A DNA stretch of 64,000 nucleotides from Planctomycetota bacterium (GTDB lineage: Bacteria > Planctomycetota > SZUA-567 > H5-PLA8): NCBI GenBank assembly GCA_038227875.1, contig JBBRPR010000001.1, positions 32,001 to 96,000 on the forward strand, given 5' to 3'. The notes under the pieces are model-generated. The model saw only the letters and a list, made by a program, of their open reading frames with translations, was not told the origin of the DNA and searched no databases. A program made the translations under genes and the position numbers. Positions 18,114-27,442 of the stretch are shown piece after piece. Position 1 is the first letter of the stretch. Every line of letters begins with the position of its first letter.

Positions 18114-20168
18114 CTACTTCGTGATCGCCGCGGGCAGGTCGGTCTCGGTGATCGCATAGGTGTGGCACGCTTTCAGCTTATAGGACTTCGCCTGTGGCAG
18201 GTCGGTGCCGGTGGAGAGGTCCGTCACCTTGCCGGGCAGCGCAACCTCCCGGTCGGCGAAGTTCCAGACCGTCGCGCGCGTACGTTCCTTGTTATGCCAG
18301 ACCACCGCGTTGCCATCTTCCTGCAGGAAGCGGCGATGCATCTGGGCGCGATTTTTGGAGTAGTCGCGGATCGCGCGTTTGTGCTCGTCGCCCCACGCGT
18401 CGTCGATGCGGATTTGCTTGCCGTCCCGTTCAACGTGCAGCGGCAGGCCGGGGTCGGTCATGTGCGCCAGGCAGCGGTAGACGACCGCCGATTCCTCAAT
18501 CTGCTCCATTTTCATGCCGGGATGTGGAACGGTGACGTAGCCGAGTGAAACCTTGAGCTTGTAGGCGGCGAACATCTGGTCGGGCTTGCCGTAATCGGCG
18601 GGACAGCCGTGCATCGGTAGTCCCCACGGGCCGAAGGATTCGATGCGGAAGTGGTAGCCGAAATCCTGCAGATCCTTGAACGCGAGCAGCAGTTCGCGCC
18701 ACTGGGTGGTCGGCTTCATGTTCGTGTAGCTGACGGGGAAGAAGCCGAGGTTGTAGAAGCTGTCGAAGAAGATGCCTTTCAGTCCGGTCAATTCGGCATT
18801 TTTCTTCAGCCCGTTGACCCAGAAGTTCCGCGCGTCCGGCGTTTTAAAATTCAGGACGCTCATGCAGCCCATGTACGCGCCGCCCCATTTCTGGCGCGTG
18901 TCTTCCAGCAGCACGTACCAGTTTTTGCCATCCGCACGTTCGTTTCTGTTATACGGGCTGGAGAGCGCCTGATCGTTGTTGGTCCATGGATAGACTTCGA
19001 TGCCATGCTCGCGACAATCGTTGACGATCTTCTTGAGTGCTTCGGGACCGCCGAGCTTCGGCGAGACTTCGTACTCGTGGCCGCAGCACATATTCCAATT
19101 CCATACGCCGGGCATTGGTCCCTGCTCGGTCATGGCGGACTTGTTGACGTTGTCGATGAAGATCGCCTCGACGCCCATGTTGATCGCGGCGGGGACGAGG
19201 TCCTTGTAGTAACTCTCGATCGTGAACTTCTGCCAGAAATTCTGGGCCAGCATCAGCGTCAGCGGCTCTTCCTGGATGCCGTATTCGGCGCGCGCGCGAT
19301 CGTGGATTTCATCGAAGGCCCACGTCCAGAGATTGCGTTGATCAATGTCGCTCTTGCGGTCGCTGTTGAGCAGGATCGACTTGGCCGACGTCTTGTAGTT
19401 CAACGCGTGATCGAAGATGTGCTTGTCGAACGTTTTCAGCTCCGGCTTGCCGGGTTCGCGCATCACCAATGAACGGATCAGATCGACGCGCTCGAAAACG
19501 CCCATCAATGTTTCGTTGCCGCGGTACTGGAAGTCGAAGGAACCATGCGACGCCCAGCGCGGCAGATTGTGGGTCATCACCGGATTGTCATTCGGGTCGC
19601 CGAAGTAGAAACGGCCTTCGGTGCTCCATTGTGTCGTCGCGTCGAAGGTTGCCGACGGTGCGGAGCAGGACGATTGCGAAATCGCCGTCGCGCCGAGGAT
19701 ATCGCCGTTGAGTTCCCACGTGGCCTGATCGAGCAGGTAAAAGAGCGGCACGTTTTCGCTGGAGTAATCGTAGTGGTACGAGAAGCCGTCGAAGCTGTGT
19801 CTGAAGAACTGGTCCTTGGCGGGCTTGATCACCAGATCGAGTTTGCCGGTGCCCTCGACGCGTGGAGCGTCCCAGTCGCCGGTTTCGTGAATCGGGTCGA
19901 AGCTGTGATCGCGCATCAACTTCACCGGCAGCGGGCGGAAGATCGCCTCGGTGCGGATGCGGATTTCCGCGGGGCTCTGGTCGATGGCCAGCAGCCGCAG
20001 TTCGCTCGGTTCGGAACCTTGGAAACTCTGCGTGAACGGTCGCAGCGGCAAGCGGCCGGATCGGACTTCCGTTCTGCCGATCGCGATTTTTCCCAGCCCG
20101 ATAAAATTCTGGCCTTCGGTGAGCACTTCGAAACTGCAGGCGCCCAGCTTGATCGTTTCCCGTTTCAC
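18114..20168 (-). CDS. Uncharacterised cytoplasmic glycoside-hydrolase-like protein, paralog A
   Basis: GTG start with AGGAG RBS. TIM-barrel-like segment LGGPEALKKIVNDCREHGIEVYPW..GIFFDSFY..FRIESFG. Colinear with the neighbouring gene. Confidence 0.75.
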   Translation of the reverse strand: MKRETIKLGACSFEVLTEGQNFIGLGKIAIGRTEVRSGRLPLRPFTQSFQGSEPSELRLLAIDQSPAEIRIRTEAIFRPLPVKLMRDHSFDPIHETGDWDAPRVEGTGKLDLVIKPAKDQFFRHSFDGFSYHYDYSSENVPLFYLLDQATWELNGDILGATAISQSSCSAPSATFDATTQWSTEGRFYFGDPNDNPVMTHNLPRWASHGSFDFQYRGNETLMGVFERVDLIRSLVMREPGKPELKTFDKHIFDHALNYKTSAKSILLNSDRKSDIDQRNLWTWAFDEIHDRARAEYGIQEEPLTLMLAQNFWQKFTIESYYKDLVPAAINMGVEAIFIDNVNKSAMTEQGPMPGVWNWNMCCGHEYEVSPKLGGPEALKKIVNDCREHGIEVYPWTNNDQALSSPYNRNERADGKNWYVLLEDTRQKWGGAYMGCMSVLNFKTPDARNFWVNGLKKNAELTGLKGIFFDSFYNLGFFPVSYTNMKPTTQWRELLLAFKDLQDFGYHFRIESFGPWGLPMHGCPADYGKPDQMFAAYKLKVSLGYVTVPHPGMKMEQIEESAVVYRCLAHMTDPGLPLHVERDGKQIRIDDAWGDEHKRAIRDYSKNRAQMHRRFLQEDGNAVVWHNKERTRATVWNFADREVALPGKVTDLSTGTDLPQAKSYKLKACHTYAITETDLPAAITK

Positions 20169-20256
20169 AGCGGTCTCCTGTTCGCATTGACTTGAGTTTG
20201 GGTTGGTGGCCCACCCCGTCGTAAATTTACCACAGGGTTAGAAACCACCACTCGGT

Positions 20257-22296
20257 TCAGATCTTCGCCGGAAGATCCGTTTCGGTGATCGTGTACGTGT
20301 GGCACGCTTTCAGTGCGTACGTTTTCGACGCCGGCAATTCCTGGCCGGCGGTCTGGTCGATGATTTTTCCCGGCAGCGCCGCGGTGCGATCGACGAAATT
20401 CCAGAGCGTTGCGCGCGTGCGATCGGTGTTGTGCCAGATGACGCCGTTGTCGTCTTCCTGCAGAATGCGGCGCCGCATCTCGGTATGATTGGCGTTGTAG
20501 TCGGCCAGAGCCTGTTTGTGCGCGGTCGTCCAGACTTCATCGACCCGCGTTTTGCCGATGAACAACGGAATGCCCGGATCGGTCATGTGGGCGAGCACAT
20601 AGTAAAGAACGTGCGCCTCGCTGGCGTGCTTGGGCGCACAGTCGTTACCTGTGGGAATGGTGGTGTAACCGGTTCCAAGCCCGACTTTGTAACAGGCGAA
20701 AAGATTGTCGATGTTGTACGACTTCGGGCAACCGTGCTGAACCTGGCCGAAAGGCCCGAAGGATTCGATGAGAAATTTCACGCCCGCGTCTTGAAGTTCT
20801 TTGAACGATTCAAGAATTTGTTTCCACTGCGTCGCCGGCTCGAGATTGGCGTAGTTCACCGGCATGAAGCCGAGATTGTAGAAACTGTCGAAGAGATAGC
20901 CGTCGAGCCCGGTCTGCGCTTTAATTTTCTTCAGTGAATCGGCCCAGTACCTTCGCGCGCCTTCCTGCTTGAAGCTCCAGATGCTGAACGCATTCGTGTA
21001 CGCGCCGCCGTACTTGATGCGCGTGCATTCCATGCGCACGTACCACGGCTGGGTTTCGGGCTTGTACCAATGGTTCATCGGGCTGGAGAGCGCCTGACCG
21101 TTGTTGGTCCACGCGTAGATTTGAATTCCGGCGTCCTTGCAATCGGCGACGAATTTTGAAAGCATCTCCGGTCCGCCGAGTTTCGGTGCGACCTCGTATT
21201 CGTGGCCGCAACACATGTTCCATTTGTTTTCAGGATGCGGGCTGTTCTCCGTCGCCGCGGATTTGTTCATGTTGTCGATGAACAAGCTCTTCGCGCCGAT
21301 GTTCAGCGCCGCCGGCAGCAGATCCTTGCGGTACGTGTCGATGGTGAAGTTATCCCAGTAATTCTGCGAGACGCGGGGGAGGGGCAATTCCTCCCGCAGA
21401 CCGTATTCGCCGCGCGCGCGATCGTGGATCTCCTGAATCGCCCACGTCCAGATGTTCTTCTGATCGACCAGCGACTTGGGACGGGTGTTAAGCAGAATGG
21501 CTTTGGCGGACGTCTTGTATTCGAGAGTCTGGTCGAAAATGAATTTGTCGAAGGTTTTCAACTCGCGCTTGCCCGGCTCGCGCTGCTGGATCGAACGGAT
21601 CAGATCCACGCGCGCAAAAACACCCAGCAAGGTCTTGTCGCCTTTGAATTGAAAATCGAAAGCCTGATGCGATGCCCAGCGTGGAAGGTTGTGAGTCATC
21701 ACCGGGTTGCTTTTCGAATTCGAATCGTCCCAGTGAATCAGGCCTTCCGTTGACCACCGTGTGTCCTTTTCAAACGTGGTCACGGGCGCGGAACAGGACG
21801 ACTGCGAAACCACCGTTGCACCGGTAATGTCGCCGTCGAGTTCCCAGCTCGCTTTATCGAGCAGGTAAAAGAGCGGCACGTCGGTGCTGGAGTATTCGTA
21901 GCGGTAGCTGAAGCCGGAGAAATCGACGCCGCCAAATGCGTCGCGGGCGGGTTCGATTACAAGGTCGAGCGTGCCAGCCCCTCCCGAGCAGGGCACGTCC
22001 CAATCTTGGGTGTCGTGAATGGGGTCGAAGCTGTGATCGCGCATTAACTTCACGTCCAAAGGTGTGAAGTACGCTTTGCAGCGCACGCGAATCGAAGTGG
22101 CGTCCGTTTTTACCCCTTCTAACAGAAGTTTGGACAGCGCGACGCCGGTGAAGCTTTGGGTTTGAACGTGGATCGGAAGCCGCCCGGACCGCACGCGGGT
22201 GTCGCCAATCCGTATCTCTCCAATTCCCAAGTACTTATCTGAATCAGAGAGCAGTTCGAACGAACAGTTTCCCAAGCTCAGAGACTTTCGATTCAC
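20257..22296 (-). CDS. Uncharacterised cytoplasmic glycoside-hydrolase-like protein, paralog B
   Basis: GTG start. Shares long blocks with paralog A (KLMRDHSFDPIH, NPVMTHNLPRWASH, WNMCCGHEYEV, FDSFYNLGF, IESFGP). Confidence 0.75.
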   Translation of the reverse strand: MNRKSLSLGNCSFELLSDSDKYLGIGEIRIGDTRVRSGRLPIHVQTQSFTGVALSKLLLEGVKTDATSIRVRCKAYFTPLDVKLMRDHSFDPIHDTQDWDVPCSGGAGTLDLVIEPARDAFGGVDFSGFSYRYEYSSTDVPLFYLLDKASWELDGDITGATVVSQSSCSAPVTTFEKDTRWSTEGLIHWDDSNSKSNPVMTHNLPRWASHQAFDFQFKGDKTLLGVFARVDLIRSIQQREPGKRELKTFDKFIFDQTLEYKTSAKAILLNTRPKSLVDQKNIWTWAIQEIHDRARGEYGLREELPLPRVSQNYWDNFTIDTYRKDLLPAALNIGAKSLFIDNMNKSAATENSPHPENKWNMCCGHEYEVAPKLGGPEMLSKFVADCKDAGIQIYAWTNNGQALSSPMNHWYKPETQPWYVRMECTRIKYGGAYTNAFSIWSFKQEGARRYWADSLKKIKAQTGLDGYLFDSFYNLGFMPVNYANLEPATQWKQILESFKELQDAGVKFLIESFGPFGQVQHGCPKSYNIDNLFACYKVGLGTGYTTIPTGNDCAPKHASEAHVLYYVLAHMTDPGIPLFIGKTRVDEVWTTAHKQALADYNANHTEMRRRILQEDDNGVIWHNTDRTRATLWNFVDRTAALPGKIIDQTAGQELPASKTYALKACHTYTITETDLPAKI

Positions 22297-22339
22297 AGGT
22301 GACCCCTTTGCGCACGTTGTGATGGCTAACGCTCTCGTT

Positions 22340-22402
22340 CATTATTAATATACCACAGATTTAATAATGTTATGCTTTTTAATGGAAATTATTAAAAACA
22401 TA
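22340..22402. promoter_or_regulatory. AT-rich divergent promoter region with two inverted repeats
   Basis: CATTATTAA-N12-TTAATAATG (22340-22369) and imperfect TATGCTTTTTAAT..ATTAAAAACATA (22371-22402). Minus-strand TGTGGTATATT resembles an extended -10 element. Confidence 0.5.
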
Positions 22403-22440
22403 GCGTATTCTTTTAAAGGCTCGACAAGGGGAGGTGACCT

Positions 22441-22674
22441 ATGGTTGCAGCGATTGGCCAGGAAACGGTTCACACTCACAAGCGGGAAGGCGATGATCAC
22501 GCCTTCGAACTCTGCAAATGCAACCGCTGCGGAGTCGTCCGCCGATGCACGCCAGCGACAGACTTTCTCGTACGGATCGAAGATTTGGAAGACGCCGCAT
22601 TTAACGATGATGGCGCGCCGTATTTTTGTGAGCCGTGCTTTCTGGATGTGATCGCACCAGCCGTCGTCGCTTGA
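22441..22674 (+). CDS. Small Cys-rich putative Zn-finger protein (77 aa)
   Basis: Strong RBS GGAGGT just upstream of ATG. CKCNRC..C and CEPC motifs. Confidence 0.7.
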   Translation: MVAAIGQETVHTHKREGDDHAFELCKCNRCGVVRRCTPATDFLVRIEDLEDAAFNDDGAPYFCEPCFLDVIAPAVVA

Positions 22675-22746
22675 GTTCGCTCAACATCAATGGTGGCCTT
22701 TTGGCCACCATGCTTGTTTCACTTCAACGCTGCCGGGAGCTGACCG

Positions 22747-23469
22747 ATGCAAGCCGTTCTCGAAACGCCGAAAGCGGCCCCAAAGGTTTCGCCGCTGACG
22801 TACGAGCAGGTGTACCACTTCATGGAAGAGGGCTATGTCAAAGTTTCAGGACTGATTTCGCCGGAAGTGGCGGCGCGCGCAGACAACGCGGCGTGGCGCG
22901 TGGTGGGCATCGACCCGCACGAACCCGATGGCTGGAAGACGCTCACGCACGGCGTATTTACGATCGATCCGGCCGTGATGAGCATGTACACGCCGGAATT
23001 GCGCATTGCCGCGGCGCAACTGGCCTCGCAGGACCCGCATCTGTTCAACATGTCGCGCGTGCCGGAGAACGCGTTCATTCTCACGATCAAACCTGAGCCG
23101 GATGTGCCGTGGACGGTTCACGGACCGCACATCGACGGGCTGGGAAACTGGCAGTGCATCATGCAGAGTTTCCCGCGGCCGTGGACGATGTTTGCGATGA
23201 TCTATCTCCACGACGTGCCCCGTCACTGCGGCACGACGGTCGTGTATCCCAAATCGCACCGCAAGTACCAGGCGCTGATGCGCAGCGAACCGGAGCGTTA
23301 TCGCTTCCTGGCGCAGGTGCAAGACGATCTGAAACGCGTCGACGTCGGTGAGCCCGTCGATGTCCCCGTAAAGGCTGGCGACGTAGTCTTCCTCGACCAG
23401 ATGACGATGCACGCCGGCAGCACCAACAAGGGAAAGCGGCCGCGGTTTGCCTTGAATATGAAGTGGTAA
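22747..23469 (+). CDS. Phytanoyl-CoA dioxygenase (PhyH) family Fe(II)/2-oxoglutarate dioxygenase
   Basis: LTYEQVYHFMEEGYV start, HxD (PHIDG), distal His and Arg in AGDVVF..MHAGSTN..PRFALN. Confidence 0.9.
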   Translation: MQAVLETPKAAPKVSPLTYEQVYHFMEEGYVKVSGLISPEVAARADNAAWRVVGIDPHEPDGWKTLTHGVFTIDPAVMSMYTPELRIAAAQLASQDPHLFNMSRVPENAFILTIKPEPDVPWTVHGPHIDGLGNWQCIMQSFPRPWTMFAMIYLHDVPRHCGTTVVYPKSHRKYQALMRSEPERYRFLAQVQDDLKRVDVGEPVDVPVKAGDVVFLDQMTMHAGSTNKGKRPRFALNMKW

Positions 23470-23601
23470 CATGGAAGTCGGGCCGAATGGGTAGATGTTC
23501 CAATTTGAGCAAGTTCCAAAATGCTATTAAATTTGCCAATCGAGGGGTGGTATTCCCAAGGAATTTGACGAAAATGGGAATCCCACGCATCGAGGCGTCC
23601 G

Positions 23602-25311
23602 ATGGAATTTTGGTTTTGTGAAAAGTGCGGTGTCCGAGTCGCTGAAGCCGAGCTGACCAAGGGAGCGACACGCAATCCCGATTCGGGCGTGGTGTTCTGC
23701 GTTAAATGTTCGACCGCCGTTGCCCCGCCACCCGTTGTACACGCTACGCCAAAAGTTCGCACCACGCCGGCGACGGGGAACTCGGTGCCGGCGCAGGCGT
23801 CGTCCGTCCGCATGGTACCCGCGCGCGGCGTCTCGGCGCGGACGCGCGAGACGACCATTCTGCGCGCGCCATCCAGCAGCAAACGCGACACGATGCCCGC
23901 CCGCCCAGAACGCGGACAGGAGCGTGTCGATCGCGCGCCCGAGTCGGCGATGAAGAAGAACATGCCGCTGCTGATCGGCGTCGGTAGCGCGGTGGTGCTG
24001 ATTGCCGGCGCGGCCGTCTTCTCGATGACCGGCTCGCCGCCCAAGGACAAGATTGCCGACGTGACGCCGAAAACATCCGGCGGCGAAAGTTCCCAGCGGA
24101 ACGACCCCACTCCCGCGCCCGTGCATACGCCCGCGCCGCAGGCTCCGCCGCTGGCGCAGGCGAAAGACGATTCCGCAAAAGAGGAGTCGGCCGCTCAGGA
24201 CGCCTTTGCGTCGCTGGAGCGCAAAGTCAAATCGCTCTCCGAGCTCTCCAGCCAGAATGAAGCCATCGATGAGTACCTGGAGAAGTACGGCAAGAGCATT
24301 GTGGCCGCGCGCGCGCGGACGCTGAAGTCGAAACTGAAAGAAGACGCGCAACCGAAAAAGACCACGCCGCCGGTGAAACAGGTGGTCGTTGAAGACCCGA
24401 GCTCCGTCATTGCCCGCGCTCAGGAGATCCTGTCTAAACAGGATATCGCCGGCGCCATCGCCATCTACGACAAGGCGATCGCGGCGGATAAGACGGTCTA
24501 TCAATACTACCAGAACCGCGCGAATATGAGGCTGCTGGCCGGAGACTTCGACGGCGTCCGGGCCGATGCCGACAAGGCCCTTTCCATGCAGCCGGAGTGG
24601 GCCAGCTATGCCATGAAAGCCATCGCCGCGTTCGCCGAGAAGCACGATGATGACTTCCGCACGAACCTGGAGAAGGCGGCGTCGATGAACAACATCACCG
24701 CCACCGAGCTGGCGCAGAAACTGGCCGGCGATCTTCAGCGCTCGCGCTGGGTCGCGGAGGGCAAGGCCTTCGAAACCAAAGCGCCGTCCACGGGAATTGA
24801 ATACATCTTGCGCGGGCACTTCAAACTGGCGCGGGGCAAGGTCGACGACGGCATATCCGATCTGCGTGAAGGCATCAAGCGCGACGAGACACTCGGCCCC
24901 AAGGGCATCTTTGTGGAACTCGCCGACCTGGCGCGCGGTCAGAAGGATTTCAAGGCGGTGCTTGGCTACTTCAAACAATGGTCTGAAGTAAAGCCCGAGA
25001 CCGCGGTGGCACTGAATTCGTACGCCTGGGAACTGCTGACGACTCAGGACACCTCCCTGCGCGACGCGAAGACCGCGCTGCCACTGGCGGAAAGAGCCGC
25101 GGAACTGACCCAGAAGAACGACGCCGCGATTCTCGATACGCTCGCGCTGGCTTACTTCAACAACAACCGCGTTAAAGCCGCGATCACCACGGAACAGAAA
25201 GCGATTGAGCTGCTGCCCGCCGGAACGACAGCGGCAGCGCGACAAGACTACGAAAAACATCTCGCCGATTTTCAGGCAATGGAAGGCAAGGACGCGCCCG
25301 AGACGCATTGA
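23602..25311 (+). CDS. Zn-ribbon - disordered linker - single TM - TPR protein
   Basis: FCEKCG..FCVKC at the N-terminus, TM LLIGVGSAVVLIAGAAVF, TPRs (ALNSYAWELLT..ILDTLALAYF). Confidence 0.85.
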   Translation: MEFWFCEKCGVRVAEAELTKGATRNPDSGVVFCVKCSTAVAPPPVVHATPKVRTTPATGNSVPAQASSVRMVPARGVSARTRETTILRAPSSSKRDTMPARPERGQERVDRAPESAMKKNMPLLIGVGSAVVLIAGAAVFSMTGSPPKDKIADVTPKTSGGESSQRNDPTPAPVHTPAPQAPPLAQAKDDSAKEESAAQDAFASLERKVKSLSELSSQNEAIDEYLEKYGKSIVAARARTLKSKLKEDAQPKKTTPPVKQVVVEDPSSVIARAQEILSKQDIAGAIAIYDKAIAADKTVYQYYQNRANMRLLAGDFDGVRADADKALSMQPEWASYAMKAIAAFAEKHDDDFRTNLEKAASMNNITATELAQKLAGDLQRSRWVAEGKAFETKAPSTGIEYILRGHFKLARGKVDDGISDLREGIKRDETLGPKGIFVELADLARGQKDFKAVLGYFKQWSEVKPETAVALNSYAWELLTTQDTSLRDAKTALPLAERAAELTQKNDAAILDTLALAYFNNNRVKAAITTEQKAIELLPAGTTAAARQDYEKHLADFQAMEGKDAPETH

Positions 25312-25385
25312 CTTCAGCCAAGAAAACGCGCCGCACATAAAAAAGTTAGCATTATTTAGCACTCCGCGTTGTATCCTTATTTAGC

Positions 25386-26114
25386 ATGGATCGCAGCAAC
25401 CCGCTCACCCTCAACGGTCTCCGCTTCCGCTATGAAACGGCGGAGTCCAAAGCCTCTGGCTGGACCGTCGACGTGGCGAATCTCTCGCTGGGCGCGAGTG
25501 AACAACTGCTGCTGACTGGATCCTCCGGCGGTGGTAAAAGCACGCTGCTCTACCTGATCGCAGGTCTTCTCGATCCGGTGGAGGGTCGCGTGCTCGTTGG
25601 CGGCACGGACCTGCATTCGATGCGCGGCGGCGCGCGCGATCTTTATCGCGGCCGCAACATCGGGATGATTTTTCAGACGTTCAATCTGCTCCACGGCTTC
25701 AGTGCAGTGGAAAACGTGATGGCGGCGCTGATGTTCTCGTCGCTGCCCGGCCGCGAGCACCGCGGGTACGCGGTCGACTTGCTGGCGAAACTGGGCCTGT
25801 CGAATCCCGACGCCGATCCCGACACGCTGAGCGTGGGGCAGCAGCAGCGCGTGGCCGTTGCGCGCGCGGTGGCCTGCGAGCCGATACTCGTTCTCGCCGA
25901 TGAACCCACGGCGAGCCTGGATCCGGAATTGGCTGTGACCGCAATGGATCTGATTCAGGACACCTGCCGCCAGCGCGGCGCGGCGCTGCTCTGTACCAGC
26001 CACGACCCGGCGATGGCGCAGCGCTTCGATCGGCGCATTGCGTTAAGCGAATTGGGCGCACGCGGCGCATCCACACCGAATTCCGCCCCGAGCAGATCGG
26101 AGGTGGCGCGATGA
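25386..26114 (+). CDS. ABC transporter ATP-binding protein (LolD/MacB-like)
   Basis: Walker A GSSGGGKST, signature LSVGQQQRVAVARA, Walker B LVLADEPTASLD, H-loop SHD. Confidence 0.95.
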   Translation: MDRSNPLTLNGLRFRYETAESKASGWTVDVANLSLGASEQLLLTGSSGGGKSTLLYLIAGLLDPVEGRVLVGGTDLHSMRGGARDLYRGRNIGMIFQTFNLLHGFSAVENVMAALMFSSLPGREHRGYAVDLLAKLGLSNPDADPDTLSVGQQQRVAVARAVACEPILVLADEPTASLDPELAVTAMDLIQDTCRQRGAALLCTSHDPAMAQRFDRRIALSELGARGASTPNSAPSRSEVAR

Positions 26115-27442
26115 TGACGGATTTTACGATCATCAAGCGCAGCCTGCGCCTGCGTCTGTTCTCGACGCTGATCACCGCGCTGACGGTGGCCGTCGCCGTC
26201 TGCCTGATGCTGGTGCTGCTGAGCCTGCGCGACGCCAGCCGCAGCGCGTTCAACCGGGGCAGCGGCAACATTCAGTTGTTGCTCAGCGCTGATTCCAGCC
26301 CGATGGTCTCGGTGCTCAACGCGATCTTCTACGCCAACCCTCCCGCCCGCGCGGTGAAATGGCCGGCGTGCCAGGAGTTGCTCGCGAAATACCCGGTCGA
26401 CTTCGCGATTCCGATTCAGCAGGGCGATTCGTACCGCAGCTTCCCGATTCTCGCGACGACGACGCAATTCTTCAGCGCGTTTCAGCCCAACGGCGACGAG
26501 AAGTGGAAACTGGCCGACGGCGAATTTTTCAAAGCCGAATTCCAAATCGTCGCGGGCGCGTCGGTGGCGAAAGTGCTCGGACTGAAAACCGGCGACAGCT
26601 TTTTCATTACACATGGAATCAGCGGCATCAACGATACGAATGAAGAGGAGCGTGCGAGCGGCGGCGACTTCCCCACCATGAAGGCCGCGCTGGCGCAGAT
26701 GCACCGCTATTCGAAGTACAAAATCGTTGGCGTGCTGCAGCCGACCGGGACCAGCCACGATCGCGCGCTCTTCACGGATCTCAATAGCGCGTGGATCGTT
26801 CACGCGCACGAAAAGCGCAAACTGAAAGACCCAACGGTAACGCAGACGACAGCCGCCGATCTCGCCGCGTCGGATCAATTGATCACCGGAGTCTACGTGC
26901 GCTTCAAAACCGCACCGGGCAGCAGCGAATCTCCGGCGCTGTACACCGCTTACGACGATTTGAAGCGCCACCATCCGGAGTTGACCGTTGCGCTGCCGGG
27001 CAATGAGATCGACAAGCTCTTCACGATCGTCTCGAATATCGACGAAGTCTTCGTCGCGATGGCGGCGGTGGTGATGCTCTCCAGCGGCATTGCGATTCTG
27101 CTGGCGCTCTACAATTCCATGGAACAGCGCCGCCGGCAAGTCGCCGTGCTGCGTGTGCTCGGCTGCAGCCAGGTGCGCATTTTCGGGCTCGTGATCACAG
27201 AGGCCGCGCTGATTGGCGTCTTCGGCGCGCTGGGCGGCTTGGTGCTCTCGGTCATGGTCAATCAAATCGCGGCGCGGATCCTTGATGCGAAATTGGGGCT
27301 GGCATTGCAACCGGCGCTCCTGGGTACGCCCACCGTGCTCATTCTTTTTGCCGCGGTAGTACTGGCGAGTTTCGCCGGAATCATTCCAGCGGTGCTCGCG
27401 TACCGCACCACAATCACGCGCAGTTTGCGGCCTTTGGGTTGA
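26111..27442 (+). CDS. ABC transporter permease (FtsX/MacB-like, PA4065-like)
   Basis: N-terminal TM, large periplasmic loop with THG..H..VGVLQPTG..DRALF, C-terminal RRRQVAVLRVLG and three TMs. Confidence 0.92.
   Translation: MMTDFTIIKRSLRLRLFSTLITALTVAVAVCLMLVLLSLRDASRSAFNRGSGNIQLLLSADSSPMVSVLNAIFYANPPARAVKWPACQELLAKYPVDFAIPIQQGDSYRSFPILATTTQFFSAFQPNGDEKWKLADGEFFKAEFQIVAGASVAKVLGLKTGDSFFITHGISGINDTNEEERASGGDFPTMKAALAQMHRYSKYKIVGVLQPTGTSHDRALFTDLNSAWIVHAHEKRKLKDPTVTQTTAADLAASDQLITGVYVRFKTAPGSSESPALYTAYDDLKRHHPELTVALPGNEIDKLFTIVSNIDEVFVAMAAVVMLSSGIAILLALYNSMEQRRRQVAVLRVLGCSQVRIFGLVITEAALIGVFGALGGLVLSVMVNQIAARILDAKLGLALQPALLGTPTVLILFAAVVLASFAGIIPAVLAYRTTITRSLRPLG

Noticed and set aside
22367..22651. 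94-aa ORF overlapping the small Cys-rich gene
   Set aside because: It starts inside the AT-rich promoter with no RBS. The 22441 frame has a strong RBS and a coherent motif.
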